From positions 1 to 27,934 of the forward strand of contig CAWKAR010000037.1 of NCBI GenBank assembly GCA_963847625.1: a DNA stretch of 27,934 bases. Reading direction: 5' to 3'. Shown piece by piece: positions 9,003 to 17,333 of the stretch; position 1 is the first letter of the stretch; every line of letters begins with the position of its first letter. This stretch comes from a candidate division FCPU426 bacterium. Lineage in GTDB: Bacteria > Oederibacteriota > Muellerivitia > Muellerivitales > Muellerivitaceae. A model generated the notes under the pieces. It was not told the DNA's origin, ran no database searches, and saw nothing but the letters and a program-made list of their open reading frames with translations. The translations under genes were made by a program, and so were the position numbers.

Positions 9003-9242
9003 ATGTATCGAAAGCCGGTTCTTCAGGAAACAACCCTTTTGGGTAGGTTGGTTCTCGTCATCGAAGCCGGATGCCCTCAAAACGTTAATCTTTCTTTCGC
9101 GCCCATGAAACACGTTAATTCCCAAGCCTTCACGGCCAAGAATAACTCCCGCAATTCGTTTGCGCCGAACCCTTCAAAACCGTCAATCCTTAAAGCTTTT
9201 CTCCTTTTTTTGGCTGGGAACTGCGACCGCCGGATTGATTGA
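9003..9242 (+). pseudogene. Degenerate remnant of a third lipoprotein paralogue (leader and signal peptide only)
   Basis: MYRKPVLQETTLLGRLVLVIEAGC aligns without gaps to [24 protein letters not shown]; upstream GCCGTTTGCCGT..ATAGG.AAGAAAT.GTGAAA and GGAGGCAAGTATG match the 8008 leader with the same 84-nt GCCGT-to-ATG distance; no TP stalk or domain follows. Confidence 0.65.
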
Positions 9243-9281
9243 AGGGTTATCGGAGAAATTTAGGGAAGGTGCCCTACTCGG

Positions 9282-9746
9282 TCAGGATTTGATTTGAGGC
9301 GGGGCGGGGAACTTCAAATCCCTTTTTTCCTTGTCCAGCAGCATGCGCTCGAACAACCGCAGGTATTCCTTTTTGAGTTGGGAGACCGATAAGCCGCGGT
9401 GTTGGTTCGCGTCGAATTTTTCACCGAGATATTCCTGGCCCTGGCGGATGAATGACAGCAAAGCCCCCACTTCCTCTTGGTTGGAGGAGTCGGAGCCCGG
9501 TTCGATGACGAATCGCATGCGGATCCCCTCGCGGTAGCGGCCAAATTGGTCTTCGCTGGGATTGACGATGCCGGAAATTTTACCGGTATATTTCTCCAGG
9601 AAGAAAAGAAGATCCACTTCCCGGCCATAAAGTTCCGAGGCTTGAGTTGTTGGTTCTCCTCCGACCTCGGACGGCAATGAGGCCCCGCATTTCCCGCAAT
9701 ACATGTTTTTGTGTTCGTTGATCGTGCCGCAATGGACGCATTTCAT
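9282..9746 (-). CDS. Zinc-ribbon-domain protein (N-terminal CxxC-x10-CxxC)
   Basis: Likely start is M60 of the listed ORF (ATG 9746, GGAG RBS at 9756-9759); MKCVHCGTINEHKNMYCGKCGASL. Confidence 0.8.
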   Translation of the reverse strand: MKCVHCGTINEHKNMYCGKCGASLPSEVGGEPTTQASELYGREVDLLFFLEKYTGKISGIVNPSEDQFGRYREGIRMRFVIEPGSDSSNQEEVGALLSFIRQGQEYLGEKFDANQHRGLSVSQLKKEYLRLFERMLLDKEKRDLKFPAPPQIKS

Positions 9747-10083
9747 TGAATGGTTCTCCCAAAATGACAAGATGAGGGCCCCGGGAATTTCCCCGGCATT
9801 TTCCTCTTTTTTTGATAATGTTACTAACGGTTTCTCTTGGAATAACTTGAGCTCGAACCGGGAATGCCCGGCACCCCGGGAGAGCCCAACCGGGGTTTCC
9901 CGAAAGGCCTTGCCCGCAACCATGTCAGGTCCTATATGGTTGTTTATGAGGAAAAATGTCCTGAATTTGCTGTTAAAAACGAACGGCGGATTTTGTTTAG
10001 TAACTTATCGGAACGCGCCTTCGTCCAACAATTGGGTTGCACATATAACCCAAAATTCCGCTGAAAAGCAATGGAGGACTTAC

Positions 10084-10329
10084 ATGAGGAAATTATTCGC
10101 CGTGTTGATGACGGTCGCTTTCCTGGGGTCGACTGGCTTGGTTTTCGCCCAAGCCCCAGGCGCCGCCGGCCAAGCCACCCCGGTTGTTAAATCGGGAAAA
10201 GTTTGCGACAAGAGCAAGAAAGAATGCAAAGGCAAGAAAGGGCTCAAGGGCAAGAAAGAGTGCAAAGGCAAGAAAGTGTGCAGTAAGGACAAAAAGGGAG
10301 TCGCCACTCCCACCGCCGCGGGTAAATAA
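10084..10329 (+). CDS. Small secreted Lys/Cys-rich protein (81 aa)
   Basis: GGAGG RBS at 10073-10077; signal peptide MRKLFAVLMTVAFLGSTGLVFA; KKECKGKK twice; followed by a terminator. Confidence 0.8.
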   Translation: MRKLFAVLMTVAFLGSTGLVFAQAPGAAGQATPVVKSGKVCDKSKKECKGKKGLKGKKECKGKKVCSKDKKGVATPTAAGK

Positions 10330-10363
10330 AAAGCGTCCTTCTTTAAATTATTGTCGGTTGCTC

Positions 10364-10399
10364 AACCCCCGGTTCCCGCGAACCGGGGGTTTTTTATTT
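10364..10399 (+). terminator. Rho-independent terminator
   Basis: 12-bp perfect stem AACCCCCGGTTC / GAACCGGGGGTT, 4-nt loop, T-rich tail. Confidence 0.9.
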
Positions 10400-10545
10400 G
10401 GGGCCCCTCAAACGGCGGATCTCTTTTTCGCAGGCAAGCTTAAAGGTCAGTGCGGGTTACGCTGTTTTCCCCCGAACGAAATCTTTACCCCCTTTTGGAT
10501 ATTTCCTTTCCATTCTAAAAACTTACCTTTTTTAGACCTTATCGG

Positions 10546-10797
10546 TAAGTCAAAAAACATCCTTTTCCCGCTAAAAAACTGACATTTTGGGCCCATTTCC
10601 CCGGTCGGAGAATAATGGAAGGGACTAAAAACCCGTTTGATACCCCGATTTTTGGGCTGGATTCCCAAAAAACACCCGGAATAAAAATTGTTTTTCGGCT
10701 TATTTTAGCGTTTACCGTGGTGAGAGGACCGTTACCAGGTTGGTTTTTTATGATTTTTCAATGAAAACCCCGGGTTTTGGAATAGTTTATGCGAATA
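10546..10797 (+). promoter_or_regulatory. Sigma-54 promoter with upstream tandem enhancer-like boxes (copy 2)
   Basis: GTCAAAAAACATCC 10549-10562 and GCTAAAAAACTGAC 10570-10583; TTGGAATAGTTTATGC with GG 10779-80 and GC 10791-92. Confidence 0.8.
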
Positions 10798-10802
10798 ACC
10801 CT

Positions 10803-10838
10803 AGAGATGAGTCTTTTAGAAGAGATGAGTCTTTTAGA
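10803..10838 (+). repeat. Perfect 18-bp tandem duplication at the predicted transcription start
   Basis: AGAGATGAGTCTTTTAGA x2. Confidence 0.9.
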
Positions 10839-10863
10839 TATGAAGGTTTACGTAAGGTAAAAT

Positions 10864-13800
10864 ATGTTGCTATTTCAAATCCAGGCGATGACGACGGCTA
10901 AACGAATGGCAAAAAAAGAATCCTTTTCATTTTCACGGACCTCTTCCCGGGCGTTCAAGATTTCCTTGGCGCTGCTGGGCCTATTGCTGTTATGGGAATC
11001 CCCCTCGCGGTCTTGGGCCCAAACATGCACGCCGACCTCCGCCCAAATTTGCGTGGCCAGCGACGACTGGTCACAGGTCTACGTTGGCGGAGTTTACCTG
11101 GGCCAAATCGCCTACTGTAACTGGGACGGCACTGGCGTCTGTCCCCCGGGCTGTATCTCCGTCCCCACTTCCCTGATCTCGGGAAGCCAGGTTTATGTTT
11201 CCATCTATACCCAAAACACCGCCTGCAACAACGTGTACAGCTCCTGGGACCTGGACATCACCTGTTCCGGCGGAAACCATTCCCAGATCACCACCACAAG
11301 CGGCGGCATCAAGTTGGACTATATCAGCACGGGGAACCCCACCACTCCCCCGGCGAGCAACTGGTATGCGACCAACTACACCGGCATCACCGGTACTCCG
11401 GTGCAGGTCAGTACTTCCTCGGGTAATTGCTGTTGGAGCCAATCCCTCTACAATCCCTCGACCGGCGCCCAGATCCCCTATTTATCCGGCACCAGCGACG
11501 GGGATTACAGCACGAGTAATTGCAACGGCGCCCTTTTCTTCTCCCAGTCCACCACGATTCCTCCTCCTGTCCCTCCCCCTCCCGCGACGAACATCACCCT
11601 CACTAAAAGTTTCGTGGGCTGGTCGAGCAACGGGAGCGGGAACGCGAACGCCGTGACTTTTACGGGATACCAGCAAAACGACAGCCCCGCGGACAGGGAT
11701 GTCACCATCGCCTTGAAGGCCTGCAATTCGGGCCATTGGGTTTCGGGCGCGGTCACCTTCACCGATACCGGGATCTCCGGTGGCTCGACATTCTTCTGGA
11801 GCGAGGGCTTCCGGAGCTCCGTTTTGGGCATCACGAACAAGGGATTCGGGCCTCCCCCCGACTCCAACGGTTTTTACTACGACTGGGACGCCACGGTGAC
11901 CATGATCGGATCGAAAGGTTTCCCCGGGGCTTCCTATAACGGAAGCGGCTGGGTGCCCTATTGCTGGACAGTCACCATTACAGGAACGGACAACACGAGT
12001 AACGCCGTTTACGACTGCCTGACGCGGACAAACAGTTTCTCGATGCTCAACCCCGCCGTCACGTCTAATTCCATCACCTACGTCATGAACTGCTCCACCA
12101 ATACCTTTACGCCGACTTATACCTATACCCATACCAACACCCCGACCCCCGCTGTCACTCCCACCTTCACACATACCAACACTTATACCTATACCTATAC
12201 CTACACGCCGACGCGAACCCCCACTCCCACCCCGACCCCGACGATCACCCCCACGCCCACTCCGACCAATACGCCCACGAACACGCCGACCCGAACGAAC
12301 ACCCCCACGCCGACCAATACCCCCACGAACACCCCAACCCGAACCCCGACCCCGACCCCGACGGTCACCCCCACGCCCACTCCGACCAATACCCCTACTA
12401 ACACCCCGACCCCGACGGTCACCCCCACGCCCACTCCGACCAATACCCCCACGCCCACGCCGACCCGGACCCCCACTCCCACGCCCACAGTATCCCCCAC
12501 TCCCACGCCGACAAACACCCCCACGAACACGCCGACCCGCACGCCCACTCCCACACCCACAGTATCCCCTACCCCGACGCCGACCAATACGCCCACGAAC
12601 ACCCCGACCCGTACGCCTACCCCCACGCCGACGACAAGCCCCACGCCCACTCCGACCAATACGCCCACGAACACCCCGACCCGGACGCCTACTCCCACCC
12701 CGACGACAAGCCCCACCCCGACGCCGACCAATACGCCCACGAACACGCCGACTAGGACCCCCACTCCTACGCCCACAGTATCCCCCACCCCGACGCCGAC
12801 CAATACGCCCACGAACACCCCGACCCGTACGCCTACCCCCACGCCCACAACCACGCCCACCCCCACCCCGACGAACACACCCACGAACACTCCCACGAAC
12901 ACACCCACCCCCACCCCGACGACAAGCCCCACTCCCACGCCGACCAACACACCCACGAACACGCCGACCCGGACCCCCACGCCGACCCCGACAACGACCC
13001 CCACGCCCACGCCGACCAATACGCCAACTAATACGCCCACGCGCACACCCACGCCCACCCCGACGACCACCCCCACATTCACCCCGACCAATACACCCAC
13101 GAGGACGCCCACCCCGACGCCGACCCCTACGCCCACCATCACCCCGACGCCCACCCCCACATTCACCCCGACCAACACACCCACGGCGACCCTCAGCCCG
13201 ACAGGGACGGCCCAGCCTACGTGGACCCCGACCAACACACCCACGCCCACGCGCACGTCCACGCCCACTCCCACGCCCACCATTACCCCCACGCCCACGC
13301 CCACGAACACGCCCACTTCAACCCCGACCCGGACGCCCACCCCGACCCCGACGACGACACCCTCGCCCACGCCGACCAATACCCCGACGAACACTCCGAC
13401 GAACACTCCGACCCCCACCCCGACGACAACTCCCTCACCCACGCCCACGAACACCCCGACGAACACGCCCACGCGCACACCCACGCCCACCCCGACGACC
13501 ACCCCCACATTCACCCCGACCAATACACCCACGAGGACGCCCACGCCCACGCCGACCCCCACGCCCACCATCACCCCGTCGCCCACCCCCACGAACACCC
13601 CCACGAACACGCCCACGGCGACCCTCAGCCCGACGGGGACGGCCCAGCCCACGTGGACCCCGACCAACACACCCACGCCCACGCGCACGTCCACGCCCAC
13701 TTCCACGCCCACCATCACACCCTCGCCCACGCCGACGAATACCCCGACGAACACCCCCACAAACACTCCGACCCCGACCCCGACGACAACACCCTCGCTC

Positions 13801-15915
13801 ACCCCGACGAATACCCCGACTCGCACACCCACAGCCACACCGACCCCCACGCCCACCATCACCCCGTCGCCCACCCCCACGAACACGCCGACGAACACGC
13901 CTACGGCGACCCTCAGCCCGACGGGGACGGCCCAGCCCACGTGGACCCCGACCAATACGCCGACTTCCACAACGACTCCCACGTCGACTCCCACGCCAAC
14001 AGTCACGCCTTCGCCCACTCCCACCAACACCCTCACCTCGACTCCGACCCCCACGCCCACTTCAACCCCGACGACGACCCCCACGCCGACTTTGACGGGC
14101 ACCCCCAGCGACACCCCGACCTCGACCGAAACCCCCGTCTTCACGTATACGCCCACCCCCACGCCGACAGAAACCGACACACCCACGAATTCCAGCACCC
14201 CCACGGACACATCGACACCGACGCCTAGCAACACCCCGACTTCCACGCCCACGGTGACCAACACCAGGACCGACACGCCCACGCCGACTGAAACGGACAC
14301 TCCCACCAATACCAACACTTCTTCCGAAACGCCGACGGTCACCCCGACGTCCACAACGACGGACACGCCCACCGCGACCTTGTCACCGACGCCGAGCAAC
14401 ACCCCGACGAATACCTCCACAGTCACCAACACGAGTACGGACACGAATACGCCGACGCAAACTTCCACGCCCACGGATACCAACACCCCGACGCCGACCT
14501 TCACCTTGACGAACACCCCCACGGCGACCAACACGAGAACGAGCACCAACACCTTGACGCAGACTTCCACGCCGACCTCTACTTTCACTCCCACGCCGAC
14601 GGCCACGGCGACATTCACGCTGATTTCTACGCCCACCTTCACGCTCACCCCCGCGGCGGTGGTGACGCTGCAAAAGCAGGAATCGGAGTCGGCTGGCACG
14701 TCAGGGGACCAGGTGACCTACACCTTGGCGTTGAAGGTGACCAATAACAGCGCAGTCTCCCTGGTGGTGCAGGATGCCCTCCCTGGCAACTGCAGTTTCG
14801 TGACGTTCGGGGCCTCCCCGGCCAACACGTCGACCTCGCTGAACGTGACGGGAGGCGTGACGGTGATGAACTGGGCTTTGCCCACCCTGGCACCGGGGAA
14901 CTACCTTCTGACCTACATAGTTTCGATCAACAACTTCACGCAGGCGGGGCCGATCACGAACTGCGCGGTCATGACCTATCCGGGGGCCGCGCCCCAGACG
15001 GCTTGCGCGACACTGCAGGTGACGGGTAGTTACACGGTGAAGGTGGGGGTGTACAACGAGGCGGGGGAACTGGTGAAGGAACTGCTGGTGACGCAGTATT
15101 CCCAGCCTTTGGTGAACCTGCTATTGCAGAACGGGAACCTGATCAGCGGGCTGAACGACCCGGTGTCGATCTACGACCTGAACCATGAGATCGGGGCCTG
15201 GGACGGGACGGACCAGAACGGGAACCCGGTGCCCAACGGGGATTACTACGTGAAGGTGGACAATATTGACTCGTTCGGGGCGGACAAGAGCGTGGTGTTG
15301 AACGTGGTGGTGAGCCGTTCGCTGGAGAAAGTGACGATCGACATCTACAACGAGGCAGGGGAGATCGTGCAGACGCTGTACAGCGTGGTGGAGGACCCGC
15401 AGGGGACGGTGATCACGGGGGTGAAGCTGTCAAGCACGGTGTTGGAGCCCGGGTCGCCGACGGACGGGACGCTGGTGATCGCGACGAACAACGGGGTGAC
15501 GACGGTATGGGACGGGCACGGGTCGGGGGGGACGGTGGTGCCCAACGGGAAATACTTCATCGAGTTGCACTCGACGGACGGGAAGGGCGGGGAGACGGTG
15601 ATCATTACGTCGGTGGTGGTGGTGAACGGGGTGAAACAGGCGGCGCCGAGGGTGTGGGCATATCCGAACCCGGTGACGGGCGGAACGAGGCTGGTGACAT
15701 TCCAGGGATCGTCGGCAGGGGTGAAGCTGACGGTAAAGATCTACGACGTGGCGGGCGAGCTGGTGACGGAACTGCAAGGGGCGGGCGGGGCGAGCCAGGT
15801 GACATGGAACGCGGCGGGGATCGCCAGCGGCTTATACATCGCCAAGACCGAGCAGAGGGACGCCAACGGGTACGTGGTCGCCAGGCAGACCCTCAAGATC
15901 CTGGTGGAACAGTGA
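10864..15915 (+). CDS. Giant secreted surface protein 1: Cys-rich jelly-roll/lectin-like tip, DUF11-like domain, Thr-Pro stalk, DUF11, two FlgD-Ig-like modules, T9SS type-A-like C-terminal sorting domain
   Basis: Signal peptide ending [20 protein letters not shown]; about 850 aa of TxTx repeats; LQKQES...GDQVTYTL...[13 protein letters not shown] (DUF11); [12 protein letters not shown]...[18 protein letters not shown] (FlgD-Ig); YPNP...IYDVAGELV...ASGLYI...KILV tail. Alternative start ATG 10906. Confidence 0.88.
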   Translation: MLLFQIQAMTTAKRMAKKESFSFSRTSSRAFKISLALLGLLLLWESPSRSWAQTCTPTSAQICVASDDWSQVYVGGVYLGQIAYCNWDGTGVCPPGCISVPTSLISGSQVYVSIYTQNTACNNVYSSWDLDITCSGGNHSQITTTSGGIKLDYISTGNPTTPPASNWYATNYTGITGTPVQVSTSSGNCCWSQSLYNPSTGAQIPYLSGTSDGDYSTSNCNGALFFSQSTTIPPPVPPPPATNITLTKSFVGWSSNGSGNANAVTFTGYQQNDSPADRDVTIALKACNSGHWVSGAVTFTDTGISGGSTFFWSEGFRSSVLGITNKGFGPPPDSNGFYYDWDATVTMIGSKGFPGASYNGSGWVPYCWTVTITGTDNTSNAVYDCLTRTNSFSMLNPAVTSNSITYVMNCSTNTFTPTYTYTHTNTPTPAVTPTFTHTNTYTYTYTYTPTRTPTPTPTPTITPTPTPTNTPTNTPTRTNTPTPTNTPTNTPTRTPTPTPTVTPTPTPTNTPTNTPTPTVTPTPTPTNTPTPTPTRTPTPTPTVSPTPTPTNTPTNTPTRTPTPTPTVSPTPTPTNTPTNTPTRTPTPTPTTSPTPTPTNTPTNTPTRTPTPTPTTSPTPTPTNTPTNTPTRTPTPTPTVSPTPTPTNTPTNTPTRTPTPTPTTTPTPTPTNTPTNTPTNTPTPTPTTSPTPTPTNTPTNTPTRTPTPTPTTTPTPTPTNTPTNTPTRTPTPTPTTTPTFTPTNTPTRTPTPTPTPTPTITPTPTPTFTPTNTPTATLSPTGTAQPTWTPTNTPTPTRTSTPTPTPTITPTPTPTNTPTSTPTRTPTPTPTTTPSPTPTNTPTNTPTNTPTPTPTTTPSPTPTNTPTNTPTRTPTPTPTTTPTFTPTNTPTRTPTPTPTPTPTITPSPTPTNTPTNTPTATLSPTGTAQPTWTPTNTPTPTRTSTPTSTPTITPSPTPTNTPTNTPTNTPTPTPTTTPSLTPTNTPTRTPTATPTPTPTITPSPTPTNTPTNTPTATLSPTGTAQPTWTPTNTPTSTTTPTSTPTPTVTPSPTPTNTLTSTPTPTPTSTPTTTPTPTLTGTPSDTPTSTETPVFTYTPTPTPTETDTPTNSSTPTDTSTPTPSNTPTSTPTVTNTRTDTPTPTETDTPTNTNTSSETPTVTPTSTTTDTPTATLSPTPSNTPTNTSTVTNTSTDTNTPTQTSTPTDTNTPTPTFTLTNTPTATNTRTSTNTLTQTSTPTSTFTPTPTATATFTLISTPTFTLTPAAVVTLQKQESESAGTSGDQVTYTLALKVTNNSAVSLVVQDALPGNCSFVTFGASPANTSTSLNVTGGVTVMNWALPTLAPGNYLLTYIVSINNFTQAGPITNCAVMTYPGAAPQTACATLQVTGSYTVKVGVYNEAGELVKELLVTQYSQPLVNLLLQNGNLISGLNDPVSIYDLNHEIGAWDGTDQNGNPVPNGDYYVKVDNIDSFGADKSVVLNVVVSRSLEKVTIDIYNEAGEIVQTLYSVVEDPQGTVITGVKLSSTVLEPGSPTDGTLVIATNNGVTTVWDGHGSGGTVVPNGKYFIELHSTDGKGGETVIITSVVVVNGVKQAAPRVWAYPNPVTGGTRLVTFQGSSAGVKLTVKIYDVAGELVTELQGAGGASQVTWNAAGIASGLYIAKTEQRDANGYVVARQTLKILVEQ
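12097..14652 (+). repeat. Thr-Pro low-complexity coding repeat (about 24-aa basic unit with higher-order blocks)
   Basis: [21 protein letters not shown](T/V)SP units; landmark [13 protein letters not shown] occurs three times. Confidence 0.95.
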
Positions 15916-16005
15916 AAATGGACAGGCTCGCTCAGTGCGGTTTTGCCCATTTTGTAGTACCGTTTAAACGAGTAAAAATTGAAAATGTTTATGGAGGCTT
16001 ATATC

Positions 16006-17301
16006 ATGAATAAAAAGGACCGGTTTTACGGAATCCTGGCCCTGGGGGTATCCACCCTTCTTCTTTACGGCGGCTGCAGCCGGAACCTACCCACGGCAGG
16101 CCCAACCCCCACCCCCTTGATTACCAGCAAGGCCACCACCTGCACGGCCTCCCAGGCGAACAACTGCCTGTCCTCCAACCTTTACAATTTTTACCAGTCC
16201 CAGTCCGGCAACGTTTTTTTCTCGCCCTTCAGCATCATCACGGCCATGGCCATGGCCCAGGAAGGGGCGGTAGGCAACACCGCCACCCAGATGCAGAACG
16301 TGTTGAACTTAAGCAGCAACGCCGCCGTCCGGCAACAGGGTTTCCAGCAGTTGATCAGCGAGATCAACGCCCCGGGCAAGCATTACACCCTCGACACGGC
16401 CGATAACCTCTGGATCCAGCAGGGATTTCCCATCCTGGCTTCCTATATCAACACCTGCCAAACCTATTACGACGCGGGGGTCACGGACGTGGACTTTGTG
16501 AATAACCCCTCGGGGGCCTTGCAGTTGATCAACAGCACCGTTTCGCAGGAAACCAAAGGGTACATCCCCAAACTTTTGGATCAAAGCGCCATTACTTCGC
16601 AGACAAGGCTTATCCTGACCAACGCGATTTATTTCAAGGGCACCTGGCAAAGCCAGTTCGTCACTACGGGCACCGTTCCGCAAACTTTCTTTCTTGACCC
16701 GGCGACGACTGAGTCCGTCAGCATGATGCACCAGACCCTAAATGCCGTGGTGGGAAATTATAACGGGGCGGCCAGCGTGCTCGCGATCCCCTACCAGAAC
16801 AGCGAAGCTTCCATGTACATTTTCCTTCCGCCGGAAGGGGGGATGGCGGCCCTGGAGGGCGTTATGAGCGGAGACAATCTCAACTCCTGGCTGGCGTCCA
16901 ACGCGGCGACCATGACCAGCACCAGTTCCTGGAATCCACAAGTGGCCTTGGCCCTGCCGAAATTTACTTTCAGCACCAGTTATAATTTGAGCGGCACCTT
17001 GTCGCAAATGGGAATGCCCTTGGCTTTTACCCCGAAAGCGGCTGATTTTTCAGGAATCGATGGAATGAGGGATTTATTCATTTCATTCGTGATTCATAAG
17101 GCCTATGTCGATGTGGATGAAACCGGCACGGTCGCCGTCGCGGCGACCGGTGTGGGAATATCGACGACTATGATTGTGGCGTATCAACCGCCGCCAATAC
17201 CCTTCATTGTCGACCATCCCTTCATTTTCATGATCATCGAGAACGCCACCAACACGATCCTGTTCATGGGCAGGGTGAACGATCCGCTTTCCACGAGTTA
17301 A
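16006..17301 (+). CDS. Serpin family protease inhibitor, lipoprotein
   Basis: GGAGG RBS at 15993-15997, ATG 16006; lipobox-like YGG-C; NVFFSPFSI, LTNAIYFKGTW, LPKF, ADFSGI, HKAYVDVDETGTVAVAAT hinge, FIVDHPFIFMI, ILFMGRVNDP. Confidence 0.95.
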   Translation: MNKKDRFYGILALGVSTLLLYGGCSRNLPTAGPTPTPLITSKATTCTASQANNCLSSNLYNFYQSQSGNVFFSPFSIITAMAMAQEGAVGNTATQMQNVLNLSSNAAVRQQGFQQLISEINAPGKHYTLDTADNLWIQQGFPILASYINTCQTYYDAGVTDVDFVNNPSGALQLINSTVSQETKGYIPKLLDQSAITSQTRLILTNAIYFKGTWQSQFVTTGTVPQTFFLDPATTESVSMMHQTLNAVVGNYNGAASVLAIPYQNSEASMYIFLPPEGGMAALEGVMSGDNLNSWLASNAATMTSTSSWNPQVALALPKFTFSTSYNLSGTLSQMGMPLAFTPKAADFSGIDGMRDLFISFVIHKAYVDVDETGTVAVAATGVGISTTMIVAYQPPPIPFIVDHPFIFMIIENATNTILFMGRVNDPLSTS

Positions 17302-17333
17302 GACAAGGATTCTTAACGGCAGGTAAAAACTAA

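Noticed and set aside
9703..10083. N-terminal extensions of ORFs 9703-10329 and 9282-9923
   Set aside because: They overlap each other head-to-head; clear RBS plus signal peptide or zinc ribbon place the starts at 10084 and 9746
10400..10545. Possible c-di-GMP riboswitch upstream of giant gene 1
   Set aside because: No GEMM core (GGCAAAC...GAAA...GACGCAAAGC) is visible; an Rfam/Infernal scan would settle it
13221..14228. His/Asp/Pro-rich ORF that looks metal-binding (also 20948-21178)
   Set aside because: Alternative-frame reading of the TP repeat inside a well-supported CDS
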